From Lama glama (lineage: Eukaryota), in contig CM052816.1 of the NCBI GenBank assembly GCA_028534125.1, forward strand, positions 70,186,001 through 70,250,000: 64,000 nucleotides of DNA, written 5' to 3'. The notes under the pieces were generated by a model, which was not told where the DNA came from, did no database searches, and saw only the letters and a program-made list of their open reading frames with translations. Shown one piece after another: positions 1 through 13,289 of this stretch (its first letter is position 1; each line of letters starts with the position of its first letter). The position numbers and the translations under genes were made by a program.

Positions 1-740
1 TTTTACTAATGTATATTTAAACCAGTATAGCCAATATTTTATTAATACTAATGACAAACTCCTAATGTAACTAATAGAAATCATTGATATTTGTATATTT
101 TTGAAATCCAGTGAGTATTTTGTCATTAGAGCACATTTCATTTCAGACTAGACACATTTCTTTTTTTTTAATTGAAGTATACTCAATTTACAATGTTGCG
201 TCAATTTCTGGTGTACAGCACAATATTTCAATCATACATGAATATACATATGTTTGTTTTCATATTCTTTTTCACTGTAAACTACTGCAAGATATCAAAT
301 ATAGTTCCCTGTGCTATACAGCATAAACTTGTTTATCTATTTTATACATACCAGTCAGTATGTATCTGCAAATCTTGAACTCCCAATTAATGCATTCCCA
401 CCCTCTTCCCCTCTGATAGACATAAGTTTGTTTTCTGTGTATGTGAGTCTGTTTCTGTTTTATATGTAAATTCATTTGTCTTTTTTTTTTTTAGATTCCA
501 CATAGGAGTGATATCATATGATATATATTTTTTTCTCTTTCTGGCTTACTTCACTTAGAATGACATTCTCCAGGGCCATCTATGTTGCTGCAAATGGCAT
601 TATTTCATTATTTTTTATGGCTGAGTAGTATTCCATTGTATAAAAATACCATAACTTCTTTATCCCAGACTAGATATATTTCACCTGCACAATAGCCTCG
701 TGTGGCTAGTGGCTACCAAACTGAGTAATGCAGAGCTAGA
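1..740. mobile_element. MER33/MER3-like hAT-Charlie DNA transposon remnant, split by an L1 insertion
   Basis: Recalled consensus motifs 'gaaatccagtgagtatttt...agcacatttcatttcagactag' and 'aatagcctcgtgtggctagtggctacc' lie on either side of the L1 at 161-665. Confidence 0.7.
161..665 (-). mobile_element. 5'-truncated LINE-1 3' end (camelid/artiodactyl type)
   Basis: Poly-T, then 'attgaagtatactcaatttacaatgttgcgtcaatttctggtgtacagc'. 17-bp TSD cagactagacacatttc (144-160) / cagactagatatatttc (666-682), 2 mismatches. Confidence 0.92.
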
Positions 741-2535
741 AAGACATGCATCAAAATATTAATACTATTTATCTATAGATGATATAATTATGAATTCATC
801 TTTTTGCTTATCCATTTTTTACAATAAACAAAACATGTTTTTACAGTAAACATCTATTACTATTATCTATTTTATAAAATAAAAAGTTACAAAAATCTAT
901 ATTTAGTTTAAAGTTTTTCATGAAAGAAATTTAGATTCTGTGGTGAAACTCCCATTTACTCATACCTCTAAGAAGTCCTTTAGTAGAGGAAGATGTAGTC
1001 TGTGTTTTCAAGACAACTGAACTTTATGAATGGAGACATTTATATCAATACTACAGGCAGTCAAGAGACTGTGTATGCATGTATGTATATGTACATGTAC
1101 TGTGGCAGTCCCCACAGTCATGAGACATGGTGGTCCTGAGGCATGAACATCATAGCCTTTCAGTGAGGATTATTAACCTGAAGTGATAGTCCTCAGTCTC
1201 AGTTAATCTGTTTTTCTTTACCAGAATATCCTCACATTTCTTAGCCCAGGATGACCTGCTGGACTAAACACAAAATCTGGGCTAGATAGTTCTTGGGTTG
1301 AGTTGTAGAGGTTAAGCATGAATATTTCAGATCACTTGGGGCCAGATTCCCATCAAAAGCAACCCCTTGGGAATTTGGAGTACTCAAGTATTAGCCAAGT
1401 TAGGGTCTAGTTCAGTATTCTTCCGAAATGACACACTGGAATTATTCTGTCAGAGGGAGCTATGGAATGTACCCCACCATGTGATCAGAAAGCCCTGAAC
1501 TGTAAACAATGGAACTGTTAGAATGCCAAATGCAGTCATACGGAGATCAGTGACACTTTACATGCTGTCGTCTTAGTGGCCTCATAACAAACATTGTATT
1601 CATTAAAACTTTGCCCTTGGGGTACCTTGACCTTTGTCAACTATAGTCTAAAATACTGGACTAAATCATTTCTAATTCCTTTCGCTTTTATTAAAGTTGA
1701 TCATGATAAACACATTTGGTGTTAATGCCAGTCTATAAGTACTTTATCAAATTTCTCCTCACAATTTATTATTAATTTTTCAGGAGATTACCAGATATCC
1801 CTGGGATGGAGTTAAGGTAAACATGAACTTGGTTCACCAAGGTTATGAATAGAGCAGTTTGAGCCAATCTGACAAAGCCTCATGTGCTTTCAAGTGTAAA
1901 GCACCTGCCAACCCACATGTGCAGACCACTGGAATTTCTTGGCATTGTTTTCCTATGCAGGAGGCTTGGATAGTGGGGTGCTCACCAAACCAATCAGTAT
2001 TTCTTTCTTTTTTGTTTTAAAAATAGAACATTCTTACAAAACAAGTCTCAGCTCTGGTTTCCAAACCGTGAAATTCTGAAGCAGGGCTTTCAGGAAACCA
2101 CTGTACTTCTGAATGAAATGTCCCTAAGTCCCATCCTCGTTTTCAACTCCTGCACTCTCTGCAGAGCACTCTGCTGGTCTATCAGATAAACCATTCCAGT
2201 TAGTGAAGTTAATAATGTAGAATTAAGGAGAAAGATGCAACACCTCTTCTTTATTTGGGCTACAAGAATTAGTTGGCATTTTCCAGGCTTTTTGTTTGTT
2301 GGTTGGCTGTTTTTTTTGACTTGATGGAACAGTAGATAGGACACACAACTGCTCTGTTTCCTGTTTCAGAGAGCAGACTGTGAGGGAAAACACACTTAAT
2401 AACATTCCAGGGAATGGAAAAATTATAGTCTCCCTTCTGTACAAGTATAGTTATAAAGAGCTTGTAACCTATCAAGAGTAAAACTTGAAAAGATAATTTA
2501 TTGAGTCTTGTTTACTAAAGATTCTGGAAATACTC

Positions 2536-2987
2536 TGTATCAATTAGAGTAGGTCAGTTTTTTTTTTAAACAAATAGACCCCAAAAGGTATATTGGCTCA
2601 AATATAATACAGTTTATTTCTTGTCCATATACTGTGCTGGGCAAGGAAGTAGGTGGCCAGTATCCCTCCCTCACACAGTCATTCAGGAATTCAGGTTGAT
2701 TGGAGGCCTTGCCAATGAATGTCAGCATGTTGATGCCCCAGGTTGCCCCCATTAGAGGAAATGAGCAGAGATGAAAATGCATAGGAGAGTTTTATGGACT
2801 AGAACTGAACATGGCATGTAGCATCTCCACTCACTTTTCACAGACTAGGATTCATTTATGTGGTCTCACCTAACAGAGAGGGATCCTGGGAAAGGTAGTC
2901 CCTGGCTGCGCAATCACTATTCAAATAATCTCAATACTATGGATGGAAGACCATGAATTTTTGATGTACAGTTAGCTGCCTATATCA
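2536..2987 (-). mobile_element. MaLR solo LTR (MLT1J/K-like)
   Basis: Starts 'tgtatcaattag', has TTTATT (antisense poly(A) signal), 'cacacagtcattcagg', 'tggtctcacctaac...ctgggaaaggtagtc'. Confidence 0.65.
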
Positions 2988-3149
2988 AATGCTCTGTGCT
3001 TTTCCTTTTGAGAAAATTTGAACATTTAAAACATTAAAACTAATGCTTAACATGGAAAAAATAACAAGAGAAGAGATTATTTCCCTCAGGAATAGCCTTA
3101 ATGATGATATCTTCACCACTGTCTCCACTGTCTCCATGAAACCTGTATA

Positions 3150-3250
3150 GAGGAGATTGAAGAAGAAAGGAAATGAGAGGAAAGAAGGAGAGAAACACAG
3201 AGGAGGAAAAGAGTGAGGAAAAGAGAGAAGGGGAAAGATGGAAAGGAAAC
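3150..3250. repeat. GA-rich low-complexity tract
   Basis: About 100 bp of almost only purines (gaagaaagg...gagaaggggaaag). Confidence 0.8.
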
Positions 3251-3639
3251 CAGTGTAAAACATATGATGGGGTGATGAGAAAAATAAAATCCTACTATAT
3301 TGGCCATGCTTGAGGGTTAAAAGGAGTTAACAGCATTTTACCTCTCTTCCATTTTCCCTCTTAGGCAATGAGACAACTTTATACAAATTTGTGTAGGTGT
3401 AGCTTTCACTACATTTTCTAATACTGGTTTACTCTTTACCATTATGTGACTGAAAGATAATGCACACGCAGAGGCTTGTAAACTACAAAGAATTATCCAA
3501 TTGCAATTATTATGGGTTTTAGCATTAGACCTAAAACATTTTTTAAAGGCTGTCTTGCTGGGCTAAATCAGAAAAATCACAATTCTGCTGGTTGTAATTC
3601 CACTTTACTAAATAATAAGATATAGATATATAAAATACA

Positions 3640-4335
3640 TACAGGTAAAGGCATAAATCCTCATTGTGCAGCATGATGGATTTTCACAAAGTGAACATCA
3701 AGAAACATAACATAACCCACATCTAGACAATCCTCTTGTGCCTGTTCTTAATCATTGGCCTCTCCCTCTTCCCCAGAGATGACTTAAACTTGATATAAAT
3801 GGTATTATATAGTATGGATTTTTTTTCTGTGATATTAATTTACATTATGTGTGGTAGCATTGTGTTCATTTTTATTACTGTATAGGATTCCATTGTATTA
3901 ATATGTGACAATATATTTATTTCACTCTTCAAGGGCATTTTGATGGTTTCTAGTTTTCAGCTATCATGAATAACACTGCTATTGACTTTCCTATGTGTCC
4001 TTTTGTCTGTGTATATGCACATTTCTGTTCAGCATTTACCTAAAAATGAAATTTCCATGCTACTGAATAGACATGTATTCTCTTTCAGTAGATACAGCTA
4101 AATCATTTTTCAAAGTGGCTGGAACAACTCACCTTCTCAGTAGCAGTGTGTTAGAGTTCTAGTTCCTCTACATCCTAACTAGCACTTAGTATTGTTAGTC
4201 TTCTTACTTTTAGTCACTCTGTTGTGGTTTCAGATTTTCCTGGTGATGAATGAACTTGAGAGCCCATTCATGTGTTTATTAGTCATTGGATATTCAGTTG
4301 ACCTAGCATTATATATTGAAAAGACCCTTCTTTCA
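3640..4335 (-). mobile_element. Old L1ME-type LINE-1 fragment (3' region)
   Basis: Degenerate antisense L1 motifs 'ataggattccattgtatt', 'gctatcatgaataacactgct', 'tcatgtgtttattagtcattggata'. Confidence 0.7.
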
Positions 4336-4340
4336 ACACT

Positions 4341-4800
4341 TATAGCAGAGCAATGGTGTCTTGCCCAGATTCCCATTTACCAAGCCAGTGCACCCATACC
4401 CCTAGATGCTGTGAGTGACAACTGCTAATAGTTCATGCTGCCCACCTTTTCCAGAGAATTGGTCCTCTTCTACTGGGACCGTCTCACCTGGGCAGTTACA
4501 TATCCTCTAGGGATGTTCCTAAGCTAGTAAGTGACTAATATGAGGATACAAAAGGCTGGTCTCCTTGCCTCAAGAAAGGTCAACCTATTGTGTGGTTTAT
4601 GCCTCTGAGCTTCCTCCTATGGATTACACCATACCTAGCTTTACTCAAGACTGCATCTTTGTTTGGTTCTTTCTCCTTTCCAATTCTGCTTCATTCTCGT
4701 CCTAAATAGAATTTTTTTTCTGAAGTGCACTTTCTCAATAAATCTTGCATACTGTAGACCCTCTCCCAGGTTCTACTTCTAGGGAACCCAACCTACTATA
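4341..4800 (+). mobile_element. ERVL LTR16-family 5' LTR
   Basis: LTR16-like start 'tatagcagag...gcccagattccc', AATAAA near 4737, end 'ttctagggaacccaacctactata'; internal sequence follows directly. Confidence 0.7.
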
Positions 4801-5855
4801 GTTGTTTCTGGAAGGAAGCAAACTCTAAGAGTGGAATCTCAGGTTGGATCACTTTCTGGCAGTATAATAGAACACCTTGTCATTAGTTCTGATAGTCTGT
4901 TACGATATGTAGTAGAAGTGCAATTGCTGAAACTTTCACCTGTAGTGAACTGGGATGGATATAGTGGAAGAATCTGCACTGATTTATACACTGTCTCTGG
5001 CATTTGGAAGGTAGCAGAGAAAGAATAATTACAAGGACTGTGAAGTTAGATGGGTATTGTCTGTTGCTATTGAAAATAGAAAATCATAGGCTCAAGACAA
5101 ACAATCACCAATTTAAAGCAAAGTGTGAGATTTGGGGGGCATCTTAGTCTTTGCAGTGACCTCATTTCCTGCTAGTGATGAAGGTCAAGCATAGGACCTA
5201 ATTGTTAAGAGTGGCAGAACTTTGGAAAAGGCTGAATTTTCAGCCTAGCCACATATCCTATGCTAAAGATAAGTCCCTGGTAAAGGAGTGAGACCCTAAG
5301 ACCTGATATGAGGTTGCCTTGATAGATGAACTTGAGCACCTAGATTCCTTTGTTCTCTCTGGGTTTGCAGAAGTGGCACTAACTCTCCATTGGAGGAAAG
5401 TCAAGTCTCCTTTTCTTGAAGACTCTGAGGCAGGTAGCAATATTATGTTGCTTTTCCTCAGAATCTGCCCTCAGATTGCCTCCTGACTGCCAGACCAATA
5501 TTCATCATGAACCAGCTGGGCATGTGCTAGGAAAGTGATTATATGCTTAAAGGGTGTCAGGACATAACTATTATGTCTGTTCTGATAGGAATTAGGGGAG
5601 TATTTCTTGGACTAGATCCTGAGGATACTGGATCAAGGGTGGAGGAGTATGAAGGATGATTTTTCAACACAAGGTTACTGTCCCATGATACAGAATTTAA
5701 CATATAAATTCTGATGTGTTAGACATCCAGGGATCCTAGATACCTGGGAGATAATTCTAGTAAACTGCTAGATTGCTCTTGAAACCTAATGGAAAGTTAT
5801 AGCCCACATTAAAACTACCATAGCAGACAATGGAGGAATGGATCAAAAAATTCAG
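4801..5855 (+). mobile_element. ERVL internal region (ERV3-16A3-like leader/gag remnant), 3'-truncated
   Basis: Directly follows the LTR with 'aggaagcaaactctaagagtggaatctcaggttggatcac'; degenerate gag-like sequence, no long ORF; ends abruptly at L1 ORF2 sequence. Confidence 0.6.
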
Positions 5856-8800
5856 ACTCTATACTGATAAATTTGATAAAAAGTGAAGTTGACCAGTTTC
5901 TTAAAAGATACAATCTATCAAAATTTATACAAGGAAAAATAGCCAATCTGAGTAACGAAATTGAATTGACAATTAATATCCTTACAGAAGAGAAAACAAC
6001 CAGGTGATTTCACTGATGAAGTCTGTCAACTATTTAAGGAAAAAATGATATTAAATCTTTACAGTCTCTTCCAGAAAACTGGAGTAGAGTGAATGCTTTC
6101 TAACTCATTCCATGAGGCCTGCATTACCTTATTCTAAAACCAGGCAAAGTCATTATAAAAAAAGAAAGCTACAGACCAATATCTCTTGTGAATAGAGATG
6201 CAAAAAACCCTCAACAATATATTAGCACATCAAATCAAAGAATTTTACACCACACCAGGTGGAATTTATTCCAGCTGTGGAAGGCTGGTTCAGCATTTGA
6301 AAATCAATGAATGTAATTCATCACTTCAACAGGCTAAAGAAGAAAAATTACATGGTCATATCAATAGATACAGAAAAATCATTTGACAAAATCCAACACT
6401 CATTCATGATAAAAACTCTTAGCAAACTAGAAATAAGGTGATGCTTCCTTGACTTGATAAAGAACATCTACAAAGAACCTACAGCTAATACTTACTGATG
6501 AGTAACTAAGATTTGGAACAAGGCAAGAATGTCCTCCCTCTCTCTCTATTATTCAGTATTGTACTGGAAGTCCTAGCTAATAAGACAATAAATAGTAAAC
6601 AGAGAAACAAATGAATTAATTAATTATTTACAGATTGGGAAGGAAGAAATAAAACTATCTTTGTTCATAGATTATGTGATAGTCTATGCAGAAAATCCCA
6701 AAGAACTGATAACAAATACTCTTGGAACTAGTAAATGATTAAAGCAAGGTCATAGTATACAAAGTTAATATATAAGAATCAATTGTTTTCCTCTATATCA
6801 GTGATGGACAGTTGGAATTTGAAATAAAAAACATGACACCATTTAATTATAACACAATTTAATATTTATGTATAAATCTAACAAATACACAAGATCTATA
6901 GGAGGAAAATGATAAAACTCTGATAAAAGAAATCAAAAAAGATCTAAATAAATGTAGAGATATTTCATGTTCATTGATAGGAAGACTCAGTATTTTTAAG
7001 AAGTTAGTTCTTCCAAACTTGATATATAGTTTCAGTGCAGTCCCAATCAAGACCCCAGCAAGTTATTTTATGGATATTGAAAAACTGATTATAAAGTTTA
7101 TATGGAAAGGCCAAAGACTCAGAATAACCAACACAATATCGAGGAGGAACAAAGTCTGAAGACTGACACATCTGACTTAAAAACTTCTGATAAAGCTACA
7201 ATACTTAAGACAGTGTGGTATTAGAAAAAGAATAGACAAATAGATGAATGGAACAAAACAGAGAGCCCAGGAATGGACTTTCATAAATATAGTCAACTGA
7301 CCTTTGATGAAGGATCAGAGGCAATTTGAAGGAGAAAGGATAGTTTTTTCAACAAATGGTGCTGGAACAACTGGAAATTCTTATGCAAAACATATCTAGG
7401 CATAGACCTTACACCCTTCATGAAAATTAATTCAAAATGGATCATAGGACTAAATTAAAATGTAAAACTATAAAACTTCTAGAGGCTAATATAGGAAAAA
7501 ATCTAGATGACCTTGTATTTGGTGATGACTTTTTAGATATGTAACCAAAAGCATGATACATGAGAGAAAAAAATAAGTTGGACTATACTAAAACAAAAAT
7601 CTTCTTTGTGAAGACATTAAGAGAATGAAAAGACAAGCCACAGAGTATGAGAAAATATTTTCAGAACACATATCTGAAGGAAGACTTGTATCCATAATAT
7701 ACAAAGAATACTTAAAACTCAACAATAAGAAAATGAACAACTCATTTTAAAAATAGGCCAAAGATTTGAAAGACCCCTCACCAGAGACAATATACAAGCA
7801 GCATATAAGCATATGGAAAGATGCTCTACATCATATGTCATTAAATTTATGCAAATTAGAGCAGTGAGATACCACTGTATTACTAGATACCTATTAAAAT
7901 GATGAGAATCCAACACCAAAACCAAGTACTGACAACACCAAATACTGACAAGGATGTGTGGAACAACAGGAACTCTCATTCATTGCTGGTAAGAATAAAA
8001 AAATGGTGCAGCCACTGTGGAATAGAGTTTGATAGTTTTTACAAAGCTAAACATAGTCTTGCCCTCTGATCTAGTTATTGTACTCTGAAATATTTACCTA
8101 AGTGATTTGAAAACATACATCCACACAAAAACCTGCACATGAATGTTTATGGCAACTATATTCATAATTGCATCAAATAGTCACCAATATGTCCTTCAGT
8201 AGTTGAATAGATGAACAAACTGTGGTACAGCATACCTGGTCAGTGATAAAGAGGAATGAGCTATCAAACTATGAAAAGACATAGATGCATCTTAAATGCA
8301 TATTGCTAAGTGCAAGAAGTCAGTCTGAAAAGGCTACTGTATGGTTTGAATTATACGATATTCTGGGAAAGGCAAAACTATAGACTAGATAGTAAACAGA
8401 TCGGTGGTGCCAAGAGTTTAGAGTTGAAGCTGATTAGGTGAGGTATAAGGGATTTTTTAGGGGGTGAAACTATTTCTATAATACTGTAATGGTGAATATA
8501 TGACACTATGCGTTTGTCAAAACCCATAGAACTTTATAGCACAGAGAGTGAAACTTAATGTATACAATTCAAAAAATCATTTAGAAGGCTGGAAGTTCCC
8601 AAGTGTAATACAGAACAGTACAAACCAATCTAATTGCTCTACAAATGTGTGAAACAATCTCACTAAATGGGGCAATGGGTGAGGAAACAGTGCTATGTCT
8701 ATGTCTCTAACTAACTTTGGAAATGAGTGTGATCTGCTAAAAGAACTGCACTCAGGTGCTTACTCTATTTCTCACAGGGCTACAGGTTAACAGTTCTGAA

Positions 8801-9779
8801 ACTACTCTATGTACTAAAATTTAACAAGTAAGTAAGTAGATGGCAGATGGTGGGAGCAAGATGTGTTACTCTCGGAGGTTATAGGTAAGCAAGGTGAGGA
8901 GGCTAGAAATGAGTCATGGGTAATGGCCTAGAATTGGAGACATTGGTGTAAAACTTGATATAGAAACAGACGGTTACATACAGAAATGTTTATAGATATG
9001 TGTATATGCATGTATATGTTACTATAGATGCATTTATTTTCTTACTTTGTCAGTTGAGAGGTCCTAGAAGCAATGGCATCTCAGTAGCAAAGAGTACATC
9101 TATCACCCAGATGTTGGTTTCTAATGTTTTCCAGTAAAAGGAACCAGGGTGCCTTGCAGAAATGGCTGGCTCTAGGACTGGTGCAAGAAATCTACAGGAT
9201 AATCTTGGAGTGTCTTGTAGTGTTAGAAAGTAAGGAAGTTCTCAAAGAATTATAAAACCCACAATGATAAGGATATGTCAAAAACACATAAGAACAAACT
9301 GAATGATCTCCCAGTGGCCAAAACTGGAACAATTTGGGCAGCAAAATAAATAAAGTAGTAATGCATTATGACAAACTATAAAATAAATATTCATGAGTTC
9401 ATATTGACATAAACAAATGTTTGAATAAATAAATAAATAAATGGGAAAAGAGACAAATCTCCTCTGCAAAAAAATTGGAAATAATTTATGTAGGTATTCC
9501 ACTATTAAGGAGGTGGAGGATACCTCAATCCTTATTATGGGCTGCACTTAATGATTTCCTTCCAAAAGTGCAACATGGAGAGGGGGAAAAGAGTGTCTTT
9601 AGTGGAGAATCCTGACAAACATGACCTCAGGCAAGTGATCAGGGTTATTGTCAATAGTGAAAGTCATGTTGATGGTATATACCTTCAAAATGGTGTGATG
9701 AGAATGGCACTCTATAGTTTTCCTCCCCAAAACCGATAATCCTCATCTAATCATGAGAGAGACATCAGACAAATCTTCA
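5856..9779 (+). mobile_element. L1MC3-like LINE-1: ORF2 (RT to C-terminus) plus long 3'UTR, 3' tip missing
   Basis: ORF2 remnants (YRPISLVNRDAK near 6170, IGRLSIFKKLVLPNLIYSFSAVPIK at 6974), many stops and frameshifts; L1MC3-like 3'UTR 8400-9779; no poly(A). Confidence 0.85.
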
Positions 9780-9875
9780 CAGCATAATAAAAGCTACTTA
9801 TGGCAAAACCACAGCCAGCATAATACTCAATGGTGAAAGGTTGAAAGCCTTCCCACTAAGATCTGGAACAAGACA
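9780..9875 (+). mobile_element. 96-bp internal fragment of a younger L1 ORF2
   Basis: 8 mismatches in 96 nt (manual count) to the reverse complement of 47775-47870; no poly(A) or TSD. Confidence 0.85.
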
Positions 9876-10065
9876 TGGTCTGTTTCGGTTTATCTTGTTT
9901 GAGACCCTCTATACTCCTGGTACTTGGATATCTGTTTAATTCTTAAGGTTTGGGAGGTTTTCAGTCATGATTTCTTCAAATACCTTTTCAATCCCCTTTT
10001 CTCTTTCTTCTCCTTCTGGGACCCCTATTATGTATAGATTGGCAGGCTTTATATTATCCCATAGG
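9876..10065 (-). mobile_element. About 190-bp internal fragment of a younger L1 ORF1
   Basis: Minus strand translates LWDNIKPANLYIIGVPEGEEREKGIEKVFEEIMTENLPNL, the L1 ORF1p RRM region. Confidence 0.85.
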
Positions 10066-10618
10066 ATAACTGTGTCCTTACTGATTTTTTTGCCTGCCGG
10101 ATCAATCAGTTACTGACAGAGAGGTATTAATGTTTCCAGCTATAATAGTGAATTTGTTGATTTCTTCTTGTTGCTCTATCAGTTTTTGCTGCATATATTT
10201 TGACATTCTTTTGTAAGGTGTATACATGTTTGGGATTGTGTCTTCTTAGAGAATTGACCCCTTTTATTATGTAATGTCCATCTTTTCCCTAATAATTTTC
10301 CCTGTTCTGAAATCAACTTTGTCTAAAGTTAAGATAGGTATTCCAGCTTGTTTTGATTAGTATTAGTATAGCATATCTTTCCATACCCATTTACTTTTCA
10401 CTTGCGTCTTTATATTTGTATTTTGTATGACAACATATAGTTGGATTTTGTTTTGTAGATCCATTTTGACAATTGTAGTCTTAATTGGTCTCTTGATACC
10501 ATTCACATTCAAGGGGACTATTAATATAGAAGAATTAATATCTACATTTGTAACTGTTTCCTATTTATTGCATTTGTCCTTATTTTCCTCTCCCTCTGAT
10601 TTAAACTGATCATTTTAT

Positions 10619-10833
10619 TTATTTTTTATTGAAACAGAGTTGATTTACAATGTTATGTTAGTTTCTGGTGTTCAGCAAGGTGATTCAATTATATGTAAGT
10701 ATGTATATATATATGTGTATGTATATATATTCTTTTTCCTATTCTTTTCCATTACAGTTTATTACAGGATATTAAATATAGTTCCCTGTGCTGTACAGTA
10801 GGACCTTGTTGTTTATCTACTTTATATATAGTG
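10619..10833 (-). mobile_element. Short L1 3' end nested in the L1MC element
   Basis: 'ttttattgaaacagagttgatttacaatgtt'; 17-bp TSD taaactgatcattttat (10602-10618) / taaactgataattttat (10834-10850). Confidence 0.9.
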
Positions 10834-11550
10834 TAAACTGATAATTTTATATGATTCTCCTTATATCCTCTTTCGGCAAACCAATTGTACTCATTTCAAA
10901 AAAAAAATTGAGTTGTTGCCCTAGAGTTTACAATAGATGTATTTTTAACTAATCTAAGTCCACTTTCATGTGTAGTGTCAGTTTAGTGCAGGCAACTTTT
11001 AAGTGTGCTCTCAATTTCTCTCTCCAGTCACCTCTGACGTTGGGATCATTTATTTTACTCTCAGTATGCTATAATCATCCAATAGATTGCTACTATTATT
11101 AATTTAAACAGTTATCTTTTAGATTAAGAATAAGAAAAATAAATTTTACTTTTATTTATTCTTTTGCTGATGCTCTTCTTTTTCTTATATAGGTCCAACT
11201 TTCTAACCTATATAATTTTCCTTCTTAAAAGAATTGCTTTTAACATTTCTTTCAGGGAGGTCTGTTGTTACTGAATTCCCTCAGCTCTTGTTTTTTTCTG
11301 AGAAAAATACTTATCTCTCCTTCACTTTTGAAGGGTAACTTTGCTGAAAATAGAAATCCTTATTGGTGGATTGTTTTTCTCAGCACATTAGTGATTTCAC
11401 TCCACTCTATTTTTAGCATAATTTATGATGGGAAGTCCACTGTAATTCTTGTCATTGTTCCTCTAGAGGTAAGATGATTTTGTTTCTATGTCTTCTTTCA
11501 AGATTTTCTCTTTGTCTTTGTTTTTTTCTAGTTTGAATATGATAGCCTAG

Positions 11551-11592
11551 ATGCGTACGTGCGTGCATGCATGCGTGTGTGTGTATGTGTGT
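11551..11592. repeat. Alternating purine-pyrimidine microsatellite
   Basis: atgcgtacgtgcgtgcatgcatgcgtgtgtgtgtatgtgtgt. Confidence 0.85.
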
Positions 11593-13289
11593 TGATAGTT
11601 ATCCTGCTGTATGCTGTCTGAATTTCCTAGGTCTTTGGTTTGGTGTCTGTCATAGTTTTGAAAAATTCTCAGCCATTATAACTTCAGATACTTCTTCTGC
11701 TCCTTTCTGTCTTCTCTTTCTGATATTCTAATTATGCATATGTGGTACCTTTTGCAGTTGTCCCACAATTATTAGATTTTCTGTTCTTTTTTTTGTTTTT
11801 TTTTCTATTTGTGCTTCAGTTTGTGAAATTTATATTGATAGATCTTCAAGCTCACTGATTTTTCCCATTGCCATGTTGAGTCTACAGATGAAGCCATGAA
11901 AGACATTCTTTCTTTCTTTTAGAATATTTTTTATTTTTAACATTTCTTTTTGATTCTTTCTTAGTGTTTCCATCTTTCTGTTTACATTACCCATTTCTTC
12001 TTGCATGTTGTCTAGTTTTCTCGTTAGAACCCTTAATGTATCAGTCATAGTTATTTTAGATTTCTTGTCTGATAATTCCAAAATTTGTGTCATATCTGAA
12101 TCTGGTTCTGATGCTTGTTTTGTCTTTATAGACTGAGGGGTGTTTGTTTTTTTTTGCCTTTTAGCATGAATTGTAGTTTTATTCTTGAAATCTGGTCATG
12201 ATACATTATGTAATAGGAACTGAGACTTTTAGTGTGAAGTTTGATGTTAATCTGGCTTGGAGTTGTGTTGTGTTTAATGTTTCTTGTGGATGTAGATGCC
12301 AGAGTCTTTTAATTCTCCTAATGTCTTTGATTTTGTCTCTCCTGTTGTCCTTAGGGTTCCCTAAGAACTTGCCTTAGGCTCCTTAGATAGATTCTCAATG
12401 TTGCAACTCTTTGAGCTGAATCCACTTATATACTAGAGCCTGGTGTGGTGGTAAGGTGTGAGGGAGAAGTAACATTTTATAACCTTGAAATTAAATCTTC
12501 TTCCTTTTGTGCATCTGTGTCACTGGACTGTGATCTTTACAGATTGTTTTCTACTGGTATAGCTCCACTTGAGTTTCTTTCCCTGGCTGTAGCACCTCTT
12601 TCCTTGAAGTCATGACCTGTGTTGACTGTACATTTTTTTTCCACTTTAGGGTAGATAGGAAGGATAGGAGGGACTATGTTAGGAGGAATGCTGTTCCTCC
12701 AGGAGGGATAAAGTTCTAGGAAAGTCTTTTCCTATGGGAGCAGAACTTTGTTATGGAGAAGGCTCTGAGCATTTTTCATAATGATTAATCTTCCTTTACC
12801 CCCACCTGCCAGAGCAATGAAGGGATCTTTTGGGGATCCTCTCTGTGATAACCTGGTGGGATTCCTGGTGGTAAAGCCCATGAAAATTTGGAGGCATCTC
12901 TAAGAATGAGGCTTTCAAGAGACTTTTCTCTTATAGTAGTCCACAGTTAGCCTCCAGCAATTCATCAAAATTTCCATTTAAGTATTTCTGTGAATTTGTG
13001 GCTCCAGGTAATTGGATCTCCGCTGTGACTCTCAGGATTCTTCTGCCTTTCCAGATTTTGGGGTGGTGGTGGTTTGCCTTGAAACTTTAATTCTTCGATG
13101 CGTCCAAGAAAAGTCATTGATTTTTCAAGTTGTCCCCCTTTTTCTTGATGTAATGACAGAAGTGTTGACTTTCAAGCTCTATGTATGTTGGAGTTGAAAC
13201 CATTGTCTACTGAGATTTAATATAATTATTGATATGATTGGTTTTAAGCCTTCCAGTTTATTAATTGTTTTATGTTTGCCCTTTTTAAA

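Larger units (their letters stand above)
10066..13201 (-). mobile_element. L1MC-type LINE-1 5' half (5'UTR, ORF1, start of ORF2 endonuclease)
   Basis: Endonuclease motifs near 10070-10330; ORF1 coiled-coil remnant (ORF 11830-12093 MTQILELSDK...); L1MC-like 5' end 'caagaaaagtcattgatttt...gagttgaaacc'. Confidence 0.8.

Noticed and set aside
1784..1816. 33-nt plus-strand exon candidate (EITRYPWDGVK)
   Set aside because: Plausible acceptor but mediocre donor (gtaaac), and no recognisable protein or partner exons
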